DNA of 64,000 nt from assembly GCA_037481835.1 (NCBI GenBank), contig JBBFKW010000003.1, forward strand, positions 64,001 through 128,000, read 5' to 3'. This stretch comes from Desulfosoma sp. (GTDB lineage: Bacteria > Desulfobacterota > Syntrophobacteria > Syntrophobacterales > DSM-9756). The position numbers were made by a program, and so were the translations under genes. How positions within the stretch are numbered: position 1 is the first letter of the stretch; the number at the start of each line of letters is the position of its first letter. Below the pieces are notes generated by a model. It made no database searches. It was not told where the DNA came from and saw only the letters and a program-made list of their open reading frames with translations. Positions 38,933-50,756 of the stretch are shown here, piece by piece.

Positions 38933-39967
38933 ATGCTCATTCTCGGCATCGAAACCTCGTGTGACGAAACGGCGGCGGCCGTGGTCCGAAACGGCCGGGA
39001 AATCCTTTCCGACGTGGTCGCAAGCCAGATCGCCGTGCACAGCCCCTACGGGGGCGTGGTGCCGGAGCTCGCTTCGCGAAAGCATGTGGAAAACATCCTG
39101 GCGGTGATGGCCGAGGCCCTGCGCGCCGCGGGGATCGGGCTCCGGGACGTGGACGCCCTGGCCGTGACCCAGGGCCCGGGCCTCATCGGAGCCCTCCTCG
39201 TGGGGCTCAGTGCGGCCAAAGGGCTGGCCTACGCTCTGAAAAAACCCGTCTGCGCGGTCAACCACCTGGAAGGGCACATGGAAGCCGCCTTTGTGGAGGC
39301 GGAGCGGCCGGACGAGCCCTTCGTCTGTCTGGTGGTGTCCGGAGGCCATACGGCGTTGTATTACGTGGCTCCCGACGGAACGTCCCGATGCGTGGGATCG
39401 ACTCGAGACGACGCGGCCGGCGAAGCCTACGACAAGGTGGCCAAGCTGCTGGGACTGGGATACCCCGGCGGGGTCGTCATCGATCGGCTTGCGCAAAACG
39501 GAAATCCCGAGGCTTTTTCCTTTCCGAAGGCTTACTTGGAAAAGGGGTCCTTGGATTTCAGTTTCAGCGGAATCAAGACGGCGGTGGCCTACTTTGTGAA
39601 AAGGTACGGATCGCCGTCAGACACTTCCACGGTTGCGACGTATCGGCTGGAAGATCTGGCGGCCAGCTTCCAGGAAGCCGTGGTGGACGTGCTGGTGGAA
39701 AAGACCATGCAGGCCGTGGAACGCTTCGGCGTGCGCCACGTGGCCGTGGCGGGAGGGGTTGCGGCCAACAGCCGTTTGCGCGCGCGGCTCAACGAGGAGG
39801 CGGCCTATCGCCGCCTCCGCCTCTACATTCCCGGCATCCGCTATTGTACGGACAATGCCGTCATGATCGCCATGGCCGGGTACCGGATCTGGAAGCGGTG
39901 CGGCTTTCATCCCGACCCCTTGCAGTTGGACGCCCGCTCCCGCTGGGTGAACGCGGCCGGTCCATGA
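38933..39967 (+). CDS. tsaD: tRNA N6-adenosine threonylcarbamoyltransferase
   Basis: LGIETSCDET, GGVVPELASRKH, NHLEGH, SGGHT, DDAAGEAYDK, CTDNAVMI. Confidence 0.97.
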   Translation: MLILGIETSCDETAAAVVRNGREILSDVVASQIAVHSPYGGVVPELASRKHVENILAVMAEALRAAGIGLRDVDALAVTQGPGLIGALLVGLSAAKGLAYALKKPVCAVNHLEGHMEAAFVEAERPDEPFVCLVVSGGHTALYYVAPDGTSRCVGSTRDDAAGEAYDKVAKLLGLGYPGGVVIDRLAQNGNPEAFSFPKAYLEKGSLDFSFSGIKTAVAYFVKRYGSPSDTSTVATYRLEDLAASFQEAVVDVLVEKTMQAVERFGVRHVAVAGGVAANSRLRARLNEEAAYRRLRLYIPGIRYCTDNAVMIAMAGYRIWKRCGFHPDPLQLDARSRWVNAAGP

Positions 39968-40836
39968 TAGGCTTTATCTCTCCGCAGGAATACTTTCGAC
40001 TCCACGGCGGGCGCCCTCGAAAACACCTGGGGCAACACTTTCTCACACAACCCAAGACGGCGGAAAAGATCGTCCAAGCGGCGACCCTCGCCCCGGACGA
40101 CGTCGTCGTGGAAGTGGGGCCGGGCCTGGGCATGCTCACGGCCTTTCTCCTGGAGGCGTGTGCTGCGGTGCACCTGGTGGAAATCGATCCCCAATTGGCC
40201 GATTTCCTTCAAGAGGCGGTGAGCGGCCGTGGCGGGACCGTGCGTGTGCACCGGCAGGACATCCTTGAGTTCGACTGGGACGGCGCGGCCCGCGAAGCCG
40301 GTCGCCGACTCGTCGTCGTGGGAAACCTCCCGTACCAGATCAGTTCGCCGCTCCTGTTCCGAATCCTTGAAAACCGACACGCAATCCACCACGGCGTTTT
40401 CATGGTCCAAAGGGAAGTGGGCCGCCGGTTCGCCGCCGAACCGGGGTCGGGCGACTACGGGGTCCTCTCGGTGCTCCTTCGCCTCTATGGGACGGTGCGA
40501 CCCGTTTTGTCCGTGGGCCCGGGCCAGTTCTATCCGCCGCCCAAGGTGGATTCCCTGGTTGTGCGAGTGGATTTCCCTGAAGAGCGCAGCGATGTGGAAG
40601 GCGTGGATTTCCAGTGGATCCGCCAAGTGGTGAATGCGGCGTTTCAAAAGAGGCGAAAGACCGTGGCCAATTCCCTGACCGGGTTCCACGGCCTCGGTGC
40701 CGCCGGGGTGAAGGCCGTTCTTCACGCGGCGGGCATCGATCCCACCCTGAGGCCGGAAGCCTTAGGCCCCGAAGCTTTTGCGTCTTTGGCCCGGACCCTT
40801 AAGACAACAATTTCTTCGTCCCATAAAGCGGTGTGA
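39964..40836 (+). CDS. rsmA: 16S rRNA adenine dimethyltransferase (KsgA)
   Basis: LGQHFL, EVGPGLG, GNLPYQI, MVQREV, FYPPPKVDS; ATGA overlap with tsaD. Confidence 0.95.
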   Translation: MIGFISPQEYFRLHGGRPRKHLGQHFLTQPKTAEKIVQAATLAPDDVVVEVGPGLGMLTAFLLEACAAVHLVEIDPQLADFLQEAVSGRGGTVRVHRQDILEFDWDGAAREAGRRLVVVGNLPYQISSPLLFRILENRHAIHHGVFMVQREVGRRFAAEPGSGDYGVLSVLLRLYGTVRPVLSVGPGQFYPPPKVDSLVVRVDFPEERSDVEGVDFQWIRQVVNAAFQKRRKTVANSLTGFHGLGAAGVKAVLHAAGIDPTLRPEALGPEAFASLARTLKTTISSSHKAV

Positions 40837-40846
40837 GGTTCGTCCA

Positions 40847-41230
40847 GTGGCCGAAAAGAAAAGTGTGGACAAAGTGGACGTGACTCTCCTCGATGACGAT
40901 TGTCCGGCTCCGCCGGTCCCGGACGGTGTCCTCATCAACGAGATTCAATTGCTGCTGGCGGAAAAACGCACCTACTTGGCCTTTCTGCGGACGGGCATCG
41001 CCATTCTCGCCTTGCCCTTGAGCCTTATCAGTTTTCTTATTGCCACGTCGCAGCATTATCGGGTGATCCAGGTCTGGCCTTTGTTGGCGCCCTTGCTGGG
41101 TGCGTGCGTGGCCTTGGCGGTCTTTGGGATCCTGATGATTCGGTCGGCGGTGCAGAAAATTCGACATGCGGAAAACCTCATCCGGAAACTCAAGCAAAAA
41201 AGCTCCGTCATCGCCGAATTCATCCAATAG
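40847..41230 (+). CDS. DUF202-like small membrane protein
   Basis: LAEKRTYLAFLRTGIA followed by two TM helices; GTG start inferred. Confidence 0.8.
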   Translation: MAEKKSVDKVDVTLLDDDCPAPPVPDGVLINEIQLLLAEKRTYLAFLRTGIAILALPLSLISFLIATSQHYRVIQVWPLLAPLLGACVALAVFGILMIRSAVQKIRHAENLIRKLKQKSSVIAEFIQ

Positions 41231-41292
41231 GAACGGAAAACCTCCGCGCGCCACGCTCCCCATTGACATTGACCTCCGAGCTTGATAGGGAA

Positions 41293-41352
41293 GCTGCGCA
41301 TCCTTGGGGGATGCGGGCACACGCCGCTTGGATCCGAGAAGGACCGAGACGG
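41293..41352 (+). ncRNA. pan-motif-like cis-regulatory RNA in the panC leader
   Basis: Hairpin CGCATCC...GGATGCG then CCG-CTTGG-A-TCC[GAGAA]GGA-CCGAG-A-CGG with two bulged As, upstream of panC; TTGACA at 41263. Confidence 0.7.
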
Positions 41353-41400
41353 ACAGGGCTGCCGAAGGGCTGAGTTGTGCGGGAGATGGGTTGTTCGGGG

Positions 41401-41433
41401 GCCTTCTGGACAGCGGTCTTGGAGGCTTTTTTT
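41401..41433 (+). terminator. Intrinsic terminator/attenuator within the panC leader
   Basis: GCCTTC-T-GGAC[AGCG]GTCT-T-GGAGGC followed by T7, 34 nt before the panC ATG. Confidence 0.75.
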
Positions 41434-41467
41434 ATGAACACCCGGCAGGCGCAGGAAAGGAGAAGCC

Positions 41468-42313
41468 ATGCGCGTCATCGACACCGTCGCCGAGATGCAG
41501 CAGCAGGCCAATCAGTGGCGTCGGGAAGGGCTCGTCATTGGGTTCGTCCCGACCATGGGCTACCTCCACGAAGGCCACCTGGAACTCATGCGGTGCGCCA
41601 AAGGCAAGAGCGATCGCGTGGTGGTGAGCATCTTCGTCAACCCCACCCAGTTCGCTCCGGGCGAAGATTTCGAACGATACCCCCGGGACCTGGACCGGGA
41701 CATGGGGCTCATGGGCTCCGTGGGCGTGGATGCCGTCTTCGCCCCGGCGGTGGCGGACATGTACCCCGAAGGGTATCAGACTTACGTGGAGGTCTGTGAG
41801 GTCACGCGACCGCTGTGCGGCGCGAAGAGGCCCGGGCATTTTCGAGGGGTGACCACGGTGGTCGCCAAGCTCTTTCACATCGTCAAACCCCATGTGGCGG
41901 TTTTCGGGGAAAAGGACTATCAGCAGCTTTTGACCATTCGACGCATGGTCCGGGATTTGGCCATGGACGTGGACATCGTCGGGCATCCCATTGTGCGGGA
42001 ACCCGACGGGTTGGCCATGAGCAGTCGCAATGTGTACCTCTCCGAGGAAGAACGTCGCGAGGCGCTTCTTTTGTCCCAGGCCCTGTCGGAGGCGTCCCGG
42101 CTCGTCGATGCCGGCGAGCGCACCGCCGCCGCCCTGGTCTCGGCGGCTCAAAGGGTCTTGGAACGGGGATCTCGAGTGCGCATCGAATATGCGGAACTGA
42201 GAGACGCCGAAACACTTCAGGAAATGGACACATTGGATCGGCCGGGCGTTTTGGCCCTCGCCGCCTATGTGGGCAAAGCGCGACTGATCGACAACGCCGT
42301 GCTTCGGCCTTAG
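41468..42313 (+). CDS. panC: Pantoate-beta-alanine ligase
   Basis: FVPTMGYLHEGH, SIFVNPTQF, RPGHFRGV, FGEKDYQQ, GLAMSSRN, RLIDN. Confidence 0.97.
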   Translation: MRVIDTVAEMQQQANQWRREGLVIGFVPTMGYLHEGHLELMRCAKGKSDRVVVSIFVNPTQFAPGEDFERYPRDLDRDMGLMGSVGVDAVFAPAVADMYPEGYQTYVEVCEVTRPLCGAKRPGHFRGVTTVVAKLFHIVKPHVAVFGEKDYQQLLTIRRMVRDLAMDVDIVGHPIVREPDGLAMSSRNVYLSEEERREALLLSQALSEASRLVDAGERTAAALVSAAQRVLERGSRVRIEYAELRDAETLQEMDTLDRPGVLALAAYVGKARLIDNAVLRP

Positions 42314-42346
42314 GGCGCCGAAGCCGTGTTCCGGGGAGGACGAACC

Positions 42347-42724
42347 ATGCGACGGACCATGATGAAATCCAAACTGCATCGAGCCCGCGTCACCGACGCT
42401 CATTTGGACTACGAAGGGAGCCTCACCATCGACGCCCAGCTCATGGAGCTGGCCGATATTTTGCCCTACGAACAGGTGAGGGTGTATAACGTGAGCACCG
42501 GCGCGCGCTTCGAAACCTACGCCATTGAAGGGCCTGCGGGCCGCGGCGATATCTGCCTCAACGGGGCGGCGGCCCGCATGGGGGCGCCCGGAGATCTGAT
42601 CATTATCGTCACGTATGCCGATTATGAAGAAGAAGAGGCGAGGCGGCACAGCCCTCGGGTGGTGCTCCTGGATGCAGCGAACAAGCCCAAGAAACCGGAG
42701 CTGGTGCAGAATTGTCAGTCCTGA
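42347..42724 (+). CDS. panD: Aspartate 1-decarboxylase
   Basis: [29 protein letters not shown]. Confidence 0.97.
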   Translation: MRRTMMKSKLHRARVTDAHLDYEGSLTIDAQLMELADILPYEQVRVYNVSTGARFETYAIEGPAGRGDICLNGAAARMGAPGDLIIIVTYADYEEEEARRHSPRVVLLDAANKPKKPELVQNCQS

Positions 42725-43419
42725 AAAATTTGAGACATCGAATTCGGGGCTATTTCATAACGGGACTGCTCACCGTGGTCCCGCTTTCTTTTACGGTCTA
42801 CGTGATCAGCATCATCCTGAAGAACTCCGACAGGATCTTCAATCTCCTGCCGGAACCGTACAACCCCAAGCGATTGATTCCCTTTCCCATCCCGGGGTTG
42901 GGAATCGTGGTGGTCGTCCTTCTGGTTTTCGTCATCGGGGTGCTCGTCAAAAACTACGTGGGAAGCCGCATTGTCGAGTTTGGAGAGCGGATCGTTTACC
43001 AAATTCCTCTGGTGCGCCCCATCTATTCGGCGGTCAAGCAGCTCCTGGTGGCCATCTTCAGCCAGACGGGCGAAGGGTTCGAACGGGTGGTCTTGATAGA
43101 GTATCCTCGAAAGGGGATCTATGCGTTGGGATTCGTGACGGGGGTTTCTCGAGGTGAGGTCCAGGAGATGACGGAACAAAGGGTGCTGAACGTGTTCCTG
43201 CCCACCACGCCCAACCCCACGTCGGGCTTTTATCTCCTGGTCCCTGACACGGACATCATTCCCTTAAAAATTTCGGTGGAAGACGCTTTCAAACTCATCA
43301 TCTCTGGAGGGCTCGTGAGTTCCCAGGAGGGGCTCGCGTGGAACGGAAACGCGCGGCGCTCGACCCCACCAGGCGAGACGCCCGCACTCATCACCGTCGA
43401 CGAACGGAAGGGAGACTGA
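42712..43419 (+). CDS. DUF502 membrane protein
   Basis: [30 protein letters not shown]. Confidence 0.88.
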   Translation: MSVLKNLRHRIRGYFITGLLTVVPLSFTVYVISIILKNSDRIFNLLPEPYNPKRLIPFPIPGLGIVVVVLLVFVIGVLVKNYVGSRIVEFGERIVYQIPLVRPIYSAVKQLLVAIFSQTGEGFERVVLIEYPRKGIYALGFVTGVSRGEVQEMTEQRVLNVFLPTTPNPTSGFYLLVPDTDIIPLKISVEDAFKLIISGGLVSSQEGLAWNGNARRSTPPGETPALITVDERKGD

Positions 43420-43421
43420 CC

Positions 43422-45918
<2,497 letters not shown>

Positions 45919-46036
45919 GAGCCTGTCCGAGAATGGCATCTTCCTGGGAGCGCGGGCGTCTCGCCCGCTTCTCGTGCGGGCCGGAGGCCCGCGCTCCCAG
46001 GAGAAGAGGCCTTCGGGTTCGTTCTCAGATAGCCTC
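45919..46036. mobile_element. MITE copy 2 (118 bp) with perfect CTAG target duplication
   Basis: CTAG-GAGCCTGTCCGAGAA...TTCTCAGATAGCCTC-CTAG; left CTAG contains the ahcY stop. Confidence 0.88.
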
Positions 46037-46062
46037 CTAGCCGGAAGAAGGTATTCAAAGCC

Positions 46063-47316
46063 TTGAGCGCGGCACCCGCACAAAACGCGACCCGTCGGTT
46101 GGAAAACGCCTTCGGCAAGGGCCTCATCGGGGTTTTGGCCGCCGTCCTCCTTTTTGGAGGATGCGGCCTTCTAAAGCCTCGGCCCAAGCCGCCGGAGCGG
46201 TTCGTGAAGGTTTCCCCGGGCCAGATCCCTCGGGGGGCGGACGATTTGGGGGGCGAGGGGTTGGAAAAGGCTTTGGAGCAGTCCCTGGTGTACCTGGATC
46301 GCGTGCGCGATTTTCGTCCCGTGGAATTAAACGAGCGCTCGGTCGATAAGGAACTCGTCCGAGCGACCCTGCTCCATTTTCTCCATCGGCTGCGGGCGAA
46401 CCGGCTGGATGCGCGCACCTTGGCCGAAGAATTCGACTGGTACACACCGAAGGTTCAGGCGGGGGAGGGGTCGCCCATGCTGGTGACGGGCTACTATGAG
46501 CCCATCCTTTCGGCGCGCCGCAACCCGGACGATCAGTACCGGTACCCCCTCTACGAGCCGCCCCCGGATCTGGTCCGGGTGGCCTTGGAACGCTTTCCCG
46601 CCGTCAAACTGGATCCCGGCGGGGTGCGCACGATCGTGGGGCGCGTGGAAGGCCGGCTGCTCGTTCCTTACTATTCCCGGCAAGAAATCGACGGCGGCGG
46701 TGCCCTTGCCGGAAAAGCTTCGGCGCTGGCCTGGCTGGACAATGCCTTCGATGCTTTCGTGCTGCACGTTCAAGGTTCCGGGATCTTGGAGTTTGAAGAC
46801 GGGACCCGGCGGCGCGTCGGCTATGCAGCTTCCAACGGCCATCCTTATGTCAGTGTGGGGAAAATCCTCATCGAAGAGGGTGTGATTCCCAGGGAAGAGA
46901 TGTCCTTGCAGAGCCTTCGGCGCTACTTTGCGGACCACCCGGAGAGGACACCCGACCTTTTGGGGCGAAACCCGAGCTACATCTTTTTCCGATGGGTGGA
47001 AGAAGGCCCGGTGGGGAGCTTGAATGTCCCTCTGACGCCGGGTCGTTCCGTGGCCTTGGACGCCGAAGTCTACCCGAAAGGGATCGTGGGGTTTCTCGAA
47101 GCGGCACTTCCGGACCCGGGATCCGCGGCACCCGGGGCGACGAAGCCCATGTCCCGGTGGGTGGTCCATCAGGACAGTGGGGGGGCCATCCGCGGCCCGC
47201 ACCGGTTGGATCTGTTCTGCGGCACGGGGCTGGAGGCCGAGCAGGTGGCGGGACGACTGAAGTCGCCCGGCCGTTTTTACATCGTGCTGAAAAAGGACAC
47301 CCGGCCTTCAAACTAG
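46063..47316 (+). CDS. mltA: Membrane-bound lytic murein transglycosylase A (lipoprotein)
   Basis: Lipobox LLFGGC, TGYYEP, HVQGSG, NPSYIFF, QDSGGAIRG...DLFCG; start uncertain. Confidence 0.9.
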   Translation: MSAAPAQNATRRLENAFGKGLIGVLAAVLLFGGCGLLKPRPKPPERFVKVSPGQIPRGADDLGGEGLEKALEQSLVYLDRVRDFRPVELNERSVDKELVRATLLHFLHRLRANRLDARTLAEEFDWYTPKVQAGEGSPMLVTGYYEPILSARRNPDDQYRYPLYEPPPDLVRVALERFPAVKLDPGGVRTIVGRVEGRLLVPYYSRQEIDGGGALAGKASALAWLDNAFDAFVLHVQGSGILEFEDGTRRRVGYAASNGHPYVSVGKILIEEGVIPREEMSLQSLRRYFADHPERTPDLLGRNPSYIFFRWVEEGPVGSLNVPLTPGRSVALDAEVYPKGIVGFLEAALPDPGSAAPGATKPMSRWVVHQDSGGAIRGPHRLDLFCGTGLEAEQVAGRLKSPGRFYIVLKKDTRPSN

Positions 47317-47415
47317 GAGCTTGTCCGAGAATGCCGATTTTGGTGCTTTATGGCATCCTAACTATCTGAATTTACGTTGCTCAGATCGGCAAGAATCGAG
47401 TTCTCGGACAGCCTC
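47317..47415. mobile_element. MITE copy 3 (99 bp, same TIRs, different interior) with CTAG duplication
   Basis: CTAG-GAGCTTGTCCGAGAA...TTCTCGGACAGCCTC-CTAG. Confidence 0.85.
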
Positions 47416-47727
47416 CTAGGGCGACGGGGCGTTATGGTCCACGAGCTTATGAAACAGGAGCACCATTTCATCGAAGCTCCGGCACATGGCCCTGGCCGCC
47501 TCCACGGCGTCGGTTTCGGGAGGAGCCTGCGCGAAAAGACTTTGGAACAAAACGTGCTGGGCGGCGCGGAATCGGTCCGTCGCCCTTTCGCACAGGGCCA
47601 GAAGATGGCGCAGCAGATCATCGGAGCTCACGTCCCGGGCCAGTGCGTCCAGTTCGCGGCGCTTGGCGTCGTAGTCTTTGGCCAGGGAGACGAGCTCTTC
47701 CAAGGCGGTCGTTTGATTCTCGCTCAT
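47416..47727 (-). CDS. Hypothetical helical protein (103 aa)
   Basis: GGAG RBS, start MSENQTT; stop lies in the MITE CTAG flank. Confidence 0.65.
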   Translation of the reverse strand: MSENQTTALEELVSLAKDYDAKRRELDALARDVSSDDLLRHLLALCERATDRFRAAQHVLFQSLFAQAPPETDAVEAARAMCRSFDEMVLLFHKLVDHNAPSP

Positions 47728-48013
47728 GGGATGAACTCCGCAGGGCCGATCGCCCGAAAAAGAATGGGCGGGTGACAAAAGCGTCGGCCGTGACTAAAGT
47801 GAAGGAAATCCGGGAGAGGGCTCGGGCCCTGCCCAGAGCCCCCCGCTCAGATGGATGCGCCTTGCAAATTCACAGTTTTTTGGTATGTAATTTTTTCAAA
47901 TTCGACGACATCAGGGAGCCTTGGACTGCACAATGAGAAAGAACGATCCTTTGCGCTTTTCCGACCATGGCTATCGTGGTCTCCCGTACCTCTTTGAAAG
48001 CGGTGAACCTCAA

Positions 48014-49483
48014 ATGGCGGCGAAACTCCTAAAGATCCATGTGGCCGAGCACATCCGCATCCCGGCAAGTGATGTGTCGCCTCAGGTCATGCGGAAGATA
48101 CAGGATCGGCTGGTTTTTACCAATCCTGAATATGAACAGCGCCATTTGCGAGGGGAATGGATCGGGGGCATTCCGGCTCAAATCAATTGTATCCGCAAGA
48201 TGGGGTCCACCTACGTGCTGCCCCGGGGGTTCCTGGACCAGCTTTTGGATCTGTGCCGGAAGTTCCAGCAGCCTTACAAGATCATCGACAACCGGCGCGT
48301 GCTGGACCCGGTTCCCATGGAATTTCACGGGCAGCTCAAGGAATATCAGCTCCAGGCGGCGGAAGAAATCCTGGAACGGGATGCCGCGACCCTGCTGGGG
48401 GGCTACAAGAGCGGCAAGACGGTCATCGCCCTCTACGTCATCGCCCAGCGCAAACAGCCGACGCTCGTCCTCATTCCCCGCATGGACCTCCTGGAAGGAT
48501 GGCTCACCAAGATCGTCAATTTCCTCCAAATTCCTCTGGAGGAAATCGGCTTGTTCGTCCAGGGGCTCCACAAGCTGGGTGAAAGGATCACGGTGGCCCA
48601 CACCGCCGAAATGATGAAGGTGTGGAAGAAGGTCAAGGAAAGGGTGGGCTTCGTCGTTCTTGACGAATGCCAGAGAAGCCCCGCCAAGGTTCTCAATCAG
48701 CTCATCCCCAATTTCGACAGCCGGTACCTGCTGGGGCTGTGCAACGCCACGCAGCGCTACGATCAGCTTTCGCGGTTCATCTACCTCAACATGGGGGATG
48801 TGGTCTACAGCATCAACGAACAAGACGCCCGCGAAGGGCGGGGCATTATCCGAGCCCACGTGGTGGCGCGGCACACCGAGTTCGATTATCCCTATCGGGG
48901 CCGAGACGACTACGCCGCCATGCTCCAGGCCTTGATGACCGACGAAAAGCGCACGCGCATGATCGCCGATGACATCGCCGCGGAGCTTCAGGACTCCGAT
49001 CGGCCTTTGCTGGTGGTTTCCGGGGGCGAAATTCAAAACGCCGTGCTAGAGGCCGAATTGAGCCGAAGGGGTGTTCGGGTGCATATTCCGGATTGCCGGT
49101 GGGAGGAAGCCCCCGAGGACAATTCGGAAGATGCCGATGAGCCCATGGAAGGGGCGTGCCGGTGTCTGGACGACTTCCCGGAGGGGCCCGCGGCGGTGCT
49201 GATGAGCGCGGAGGATCTCCTGCGCTGCTACCGGCACGTGAGGACGGAGGTGCTTTTCCTGGCGGTGCCGCTTTTCTTCAAGAAAGCCGTCACCCATGCC
49301 ATCCGCGGGGTTTTGATGTCGGTTCCATCCAACGGCGGAAACGGCTCGGCGGCCTCGCTCAACGGTCGGCGTGTGAAGATCTACGACTACGTGGACCAAA
49401 AGATCGGCCTTTTCGAGAATTATTTCCGCATGCGCAGCTACAATTACGGAGTCCACCCGGACGTCCTTCTCAACAACAACTGA
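48014..49483 (+). CDS. SF2 (XPB/ResIII-like) helicase homolog with degenerate motifs
   Basis: LKEYQ Q-motif, GGYKSGKT, LDECQR, LGLCNAT, IYDYVD; motif VI not recognisable; start uncertain. Confidence 0.75.
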   Translation: MAAKLLKIHVAEHIRIPASDVSPQVMRKIQDRLVFTNPEYEQRHLRGEWIGGIPAQINCIRKMGSTYVLPRGFLDQLLDLCRKFQQPYKIIDNRRVLDPVPMEFHGQLKEYQLQAAEEILERDAATLLGGYKSGKTVIALYVIAQRKQPTLVLIPRMDLLEGWLTKIVNFLQIPLEEIGLFVQGLHKLGERITVAHTAEMMKVWKKVKERVGFVVLDECQRSPAKVLNQLIPNFDSRYLLGLCNATQRYDQLSRFIYLNMGDVVYSINEQDAREGRGIIRAHVVARHTEFDYPYRGRDDYAAMLQALMTDEKRTRMIADDIAAELQDSDRPLLVVSGGEIQNAVLEAELSRRGVRVHIPDCRWEEAPEDNSEDADEPMEGACRCLDDFPEGPAAVLMSAEDLLRCYRHVRTEVLFLAVPLFFKKAVTHAIRGVLMSVPSNGGNGSAASLNGRRVKIYDYVDQKIGLFENYFRMRSYNYGVHPDVLLNNN

Positions 49484-49504
49484 GACACGCCGGAAAAGAA
49501 CGCG

Positions 49505-50431
49505 ATGTGCGTTTCCGCGCGGCGAAAGGGGTGTTCGGCCCTTCGGGCGGCGCCCCCAGCGCGGCGGGGGGCGGCGTGCGAGCGCAATCCGAAGGAACCG
49601 GTGGCGGAGCGTTTATTGAAAGAGCGCCCTTTTGTGGCCTTGGCCCCTTTTCTGAGGGAAGACCCTCGGGTGGTGACTTTGGGGGTGCGGCCCACTGTGG
49701 GGGATTACACAGCGGAAGAGCGAAGGCTCCTGCGGGAGGCGCCTTGGGTTCTTTTTCCGACGATGCGGTTCGTCGACGTCTTGGAAGGGGGCGGCTGCCG
49801 GTGTTTTCCTTCGGCGGCCACCTACCGCTATCAGCGATGGCGCCCGTTGCAGTGGTCCTTGGGGGCTTTCTTGGACCTTCCCATGGCTCGATCCCGAGTG
49901 TGCTACGGAGAAAAGGCCAAACGTGAAATCCCCCGGATGTTTCGGCCGCCTTTCCGAGTCCTGGGACCGCGGGTCGGCAGGGATCCGGTCGTTTGTGTAG
50001 ATTCCTGGGCAGATTGGGACGACGCGGCGCGACGGGCAAACCCCGTGATCGTCACCGAGTGGGTGGATTTTCGGTGGCGCCACGAGGTGTGGGTGGCGTG
50101 CGGCACGGTCATGGCTTGGAGGAGTGTGCCGTGGGACGGCGTGTGCGACGGCGGGGAAATCCCGTGGGTTCGGGGTCTTCCCCATGCCGAGATCCGGCAC
50201 GTGGCTGAGAGAAGCCTTTGGGTGTGCCGCCGCGCCGGCATCGACGACGGGGTGCTGTGTTGGGGAGCCCGGGACGGGTCGGCGGCGTTTTTCTTTGAGG
50301 GCATAAAACGCCCTCCGCCGATGCTGACAAATGGCGGGACTCGAAGCACGAGACCCGCTCTGATCTTTTCCGCCTTGGTGGAGAGGATGGATCTGATGCG
50401 CGATCATGAAGAGAGAGGAAAGCAGCCATGA
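49505..50431 (+). CDS. Hypothetical protein, divergent RimK/ATP-grasp-like
   Basis: VTLGVRP...Y, LFPT, FPSAATY resemble the N-terminus of Desulfobacterota RimK-like proteins (recollection); start uncertain. Confidence 0.5.
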   Translation: MCVSARRKGCSALRAAPPARRGAACERNPKEPVAERLLKERPFVALAPFLREDPRVVTLGVRPTVGDYTAEERRLLREAPWVLFPTMRFVDVLEGGGCRCFPSAATYRYQRWRPLQWSLGAFLDLPMARSRVCYGEKAKREIPRMFRPPFRVLGPRVGRDPVVCVDSWADWDDAARRANPVIVTEWVDFRWRHEVWVACGTVMAWRSVPWDGVCDGGEIPWVRGLPHAEIRHVAERSLWVCRRAGIDDGVLCWGARDGSAAFFFEGIKRPPPMLTNGGTRSTRPALIFSALVERMDLMRDHEERGKQP

Positions 50432-50631
50432 TGGATGAATGGGAAAAGGAATACGAAAAATCGGCGCAGATGGCCCAGCGCCATTTTCGAAAGGATGTTT
50501 CCGGGTTTCGAGAACGAAGGCGGTTGGAACTGGAAGACCTTCTCAAAACCGAACAGGAAAAGCCCGAGGACCTGAGGGACGAAGAAAAGATCCGATGGAT
50601 CCTCGAAGAATTGAGCACCGCCGGTGATTAG
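50428..50631 (+). CDS. Small charged hypothetical protein (67 aa)
   Basis: GAGGA RBS; ATGA overlap with the upstream gene. Confidence 0.65.
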   Translation: MMDEWEKEYEKSAQMAQRHFRKDVSGFRERRRLELEDLLKTEQEKPEDLRDEEKIRWILEELSTAGD

Positions 50632-50639
50632 CTTCCAAA

Positions 50640-50676
50640 GCCGGGTCGACGTCCTCGAGCGGATGTCGACCCGGCC
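50640..50676. terminator. Strong hairpin after the small ORF (possible terminator)
   Basis: GCCGGGTCGACGTCC...GGATGTCGACCCGGC; no clear U-tract. Confidence 0.4.
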
Positions 50677-50756
50677 GCTCTTCACGCCCACGGCCTTTAA
50701 GACTTTCCGGCTCCAACAACATACCGTGCTCCACGTTTCGCCAGAGGTCGAACACT

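Noticed and set aside
41340..41400. GCCGAAG core suggesting a glycine or lysine riboswitch
   Set aside because: The other conserved elements of those riboswitches are not evident; the bulged-A hairpin and panC context fit the pan motif better
43338..43421. SAM riboswitch upstream of metK
   Set aside because: metK starts 2 nt after the DUF502 stop, leaving no leader
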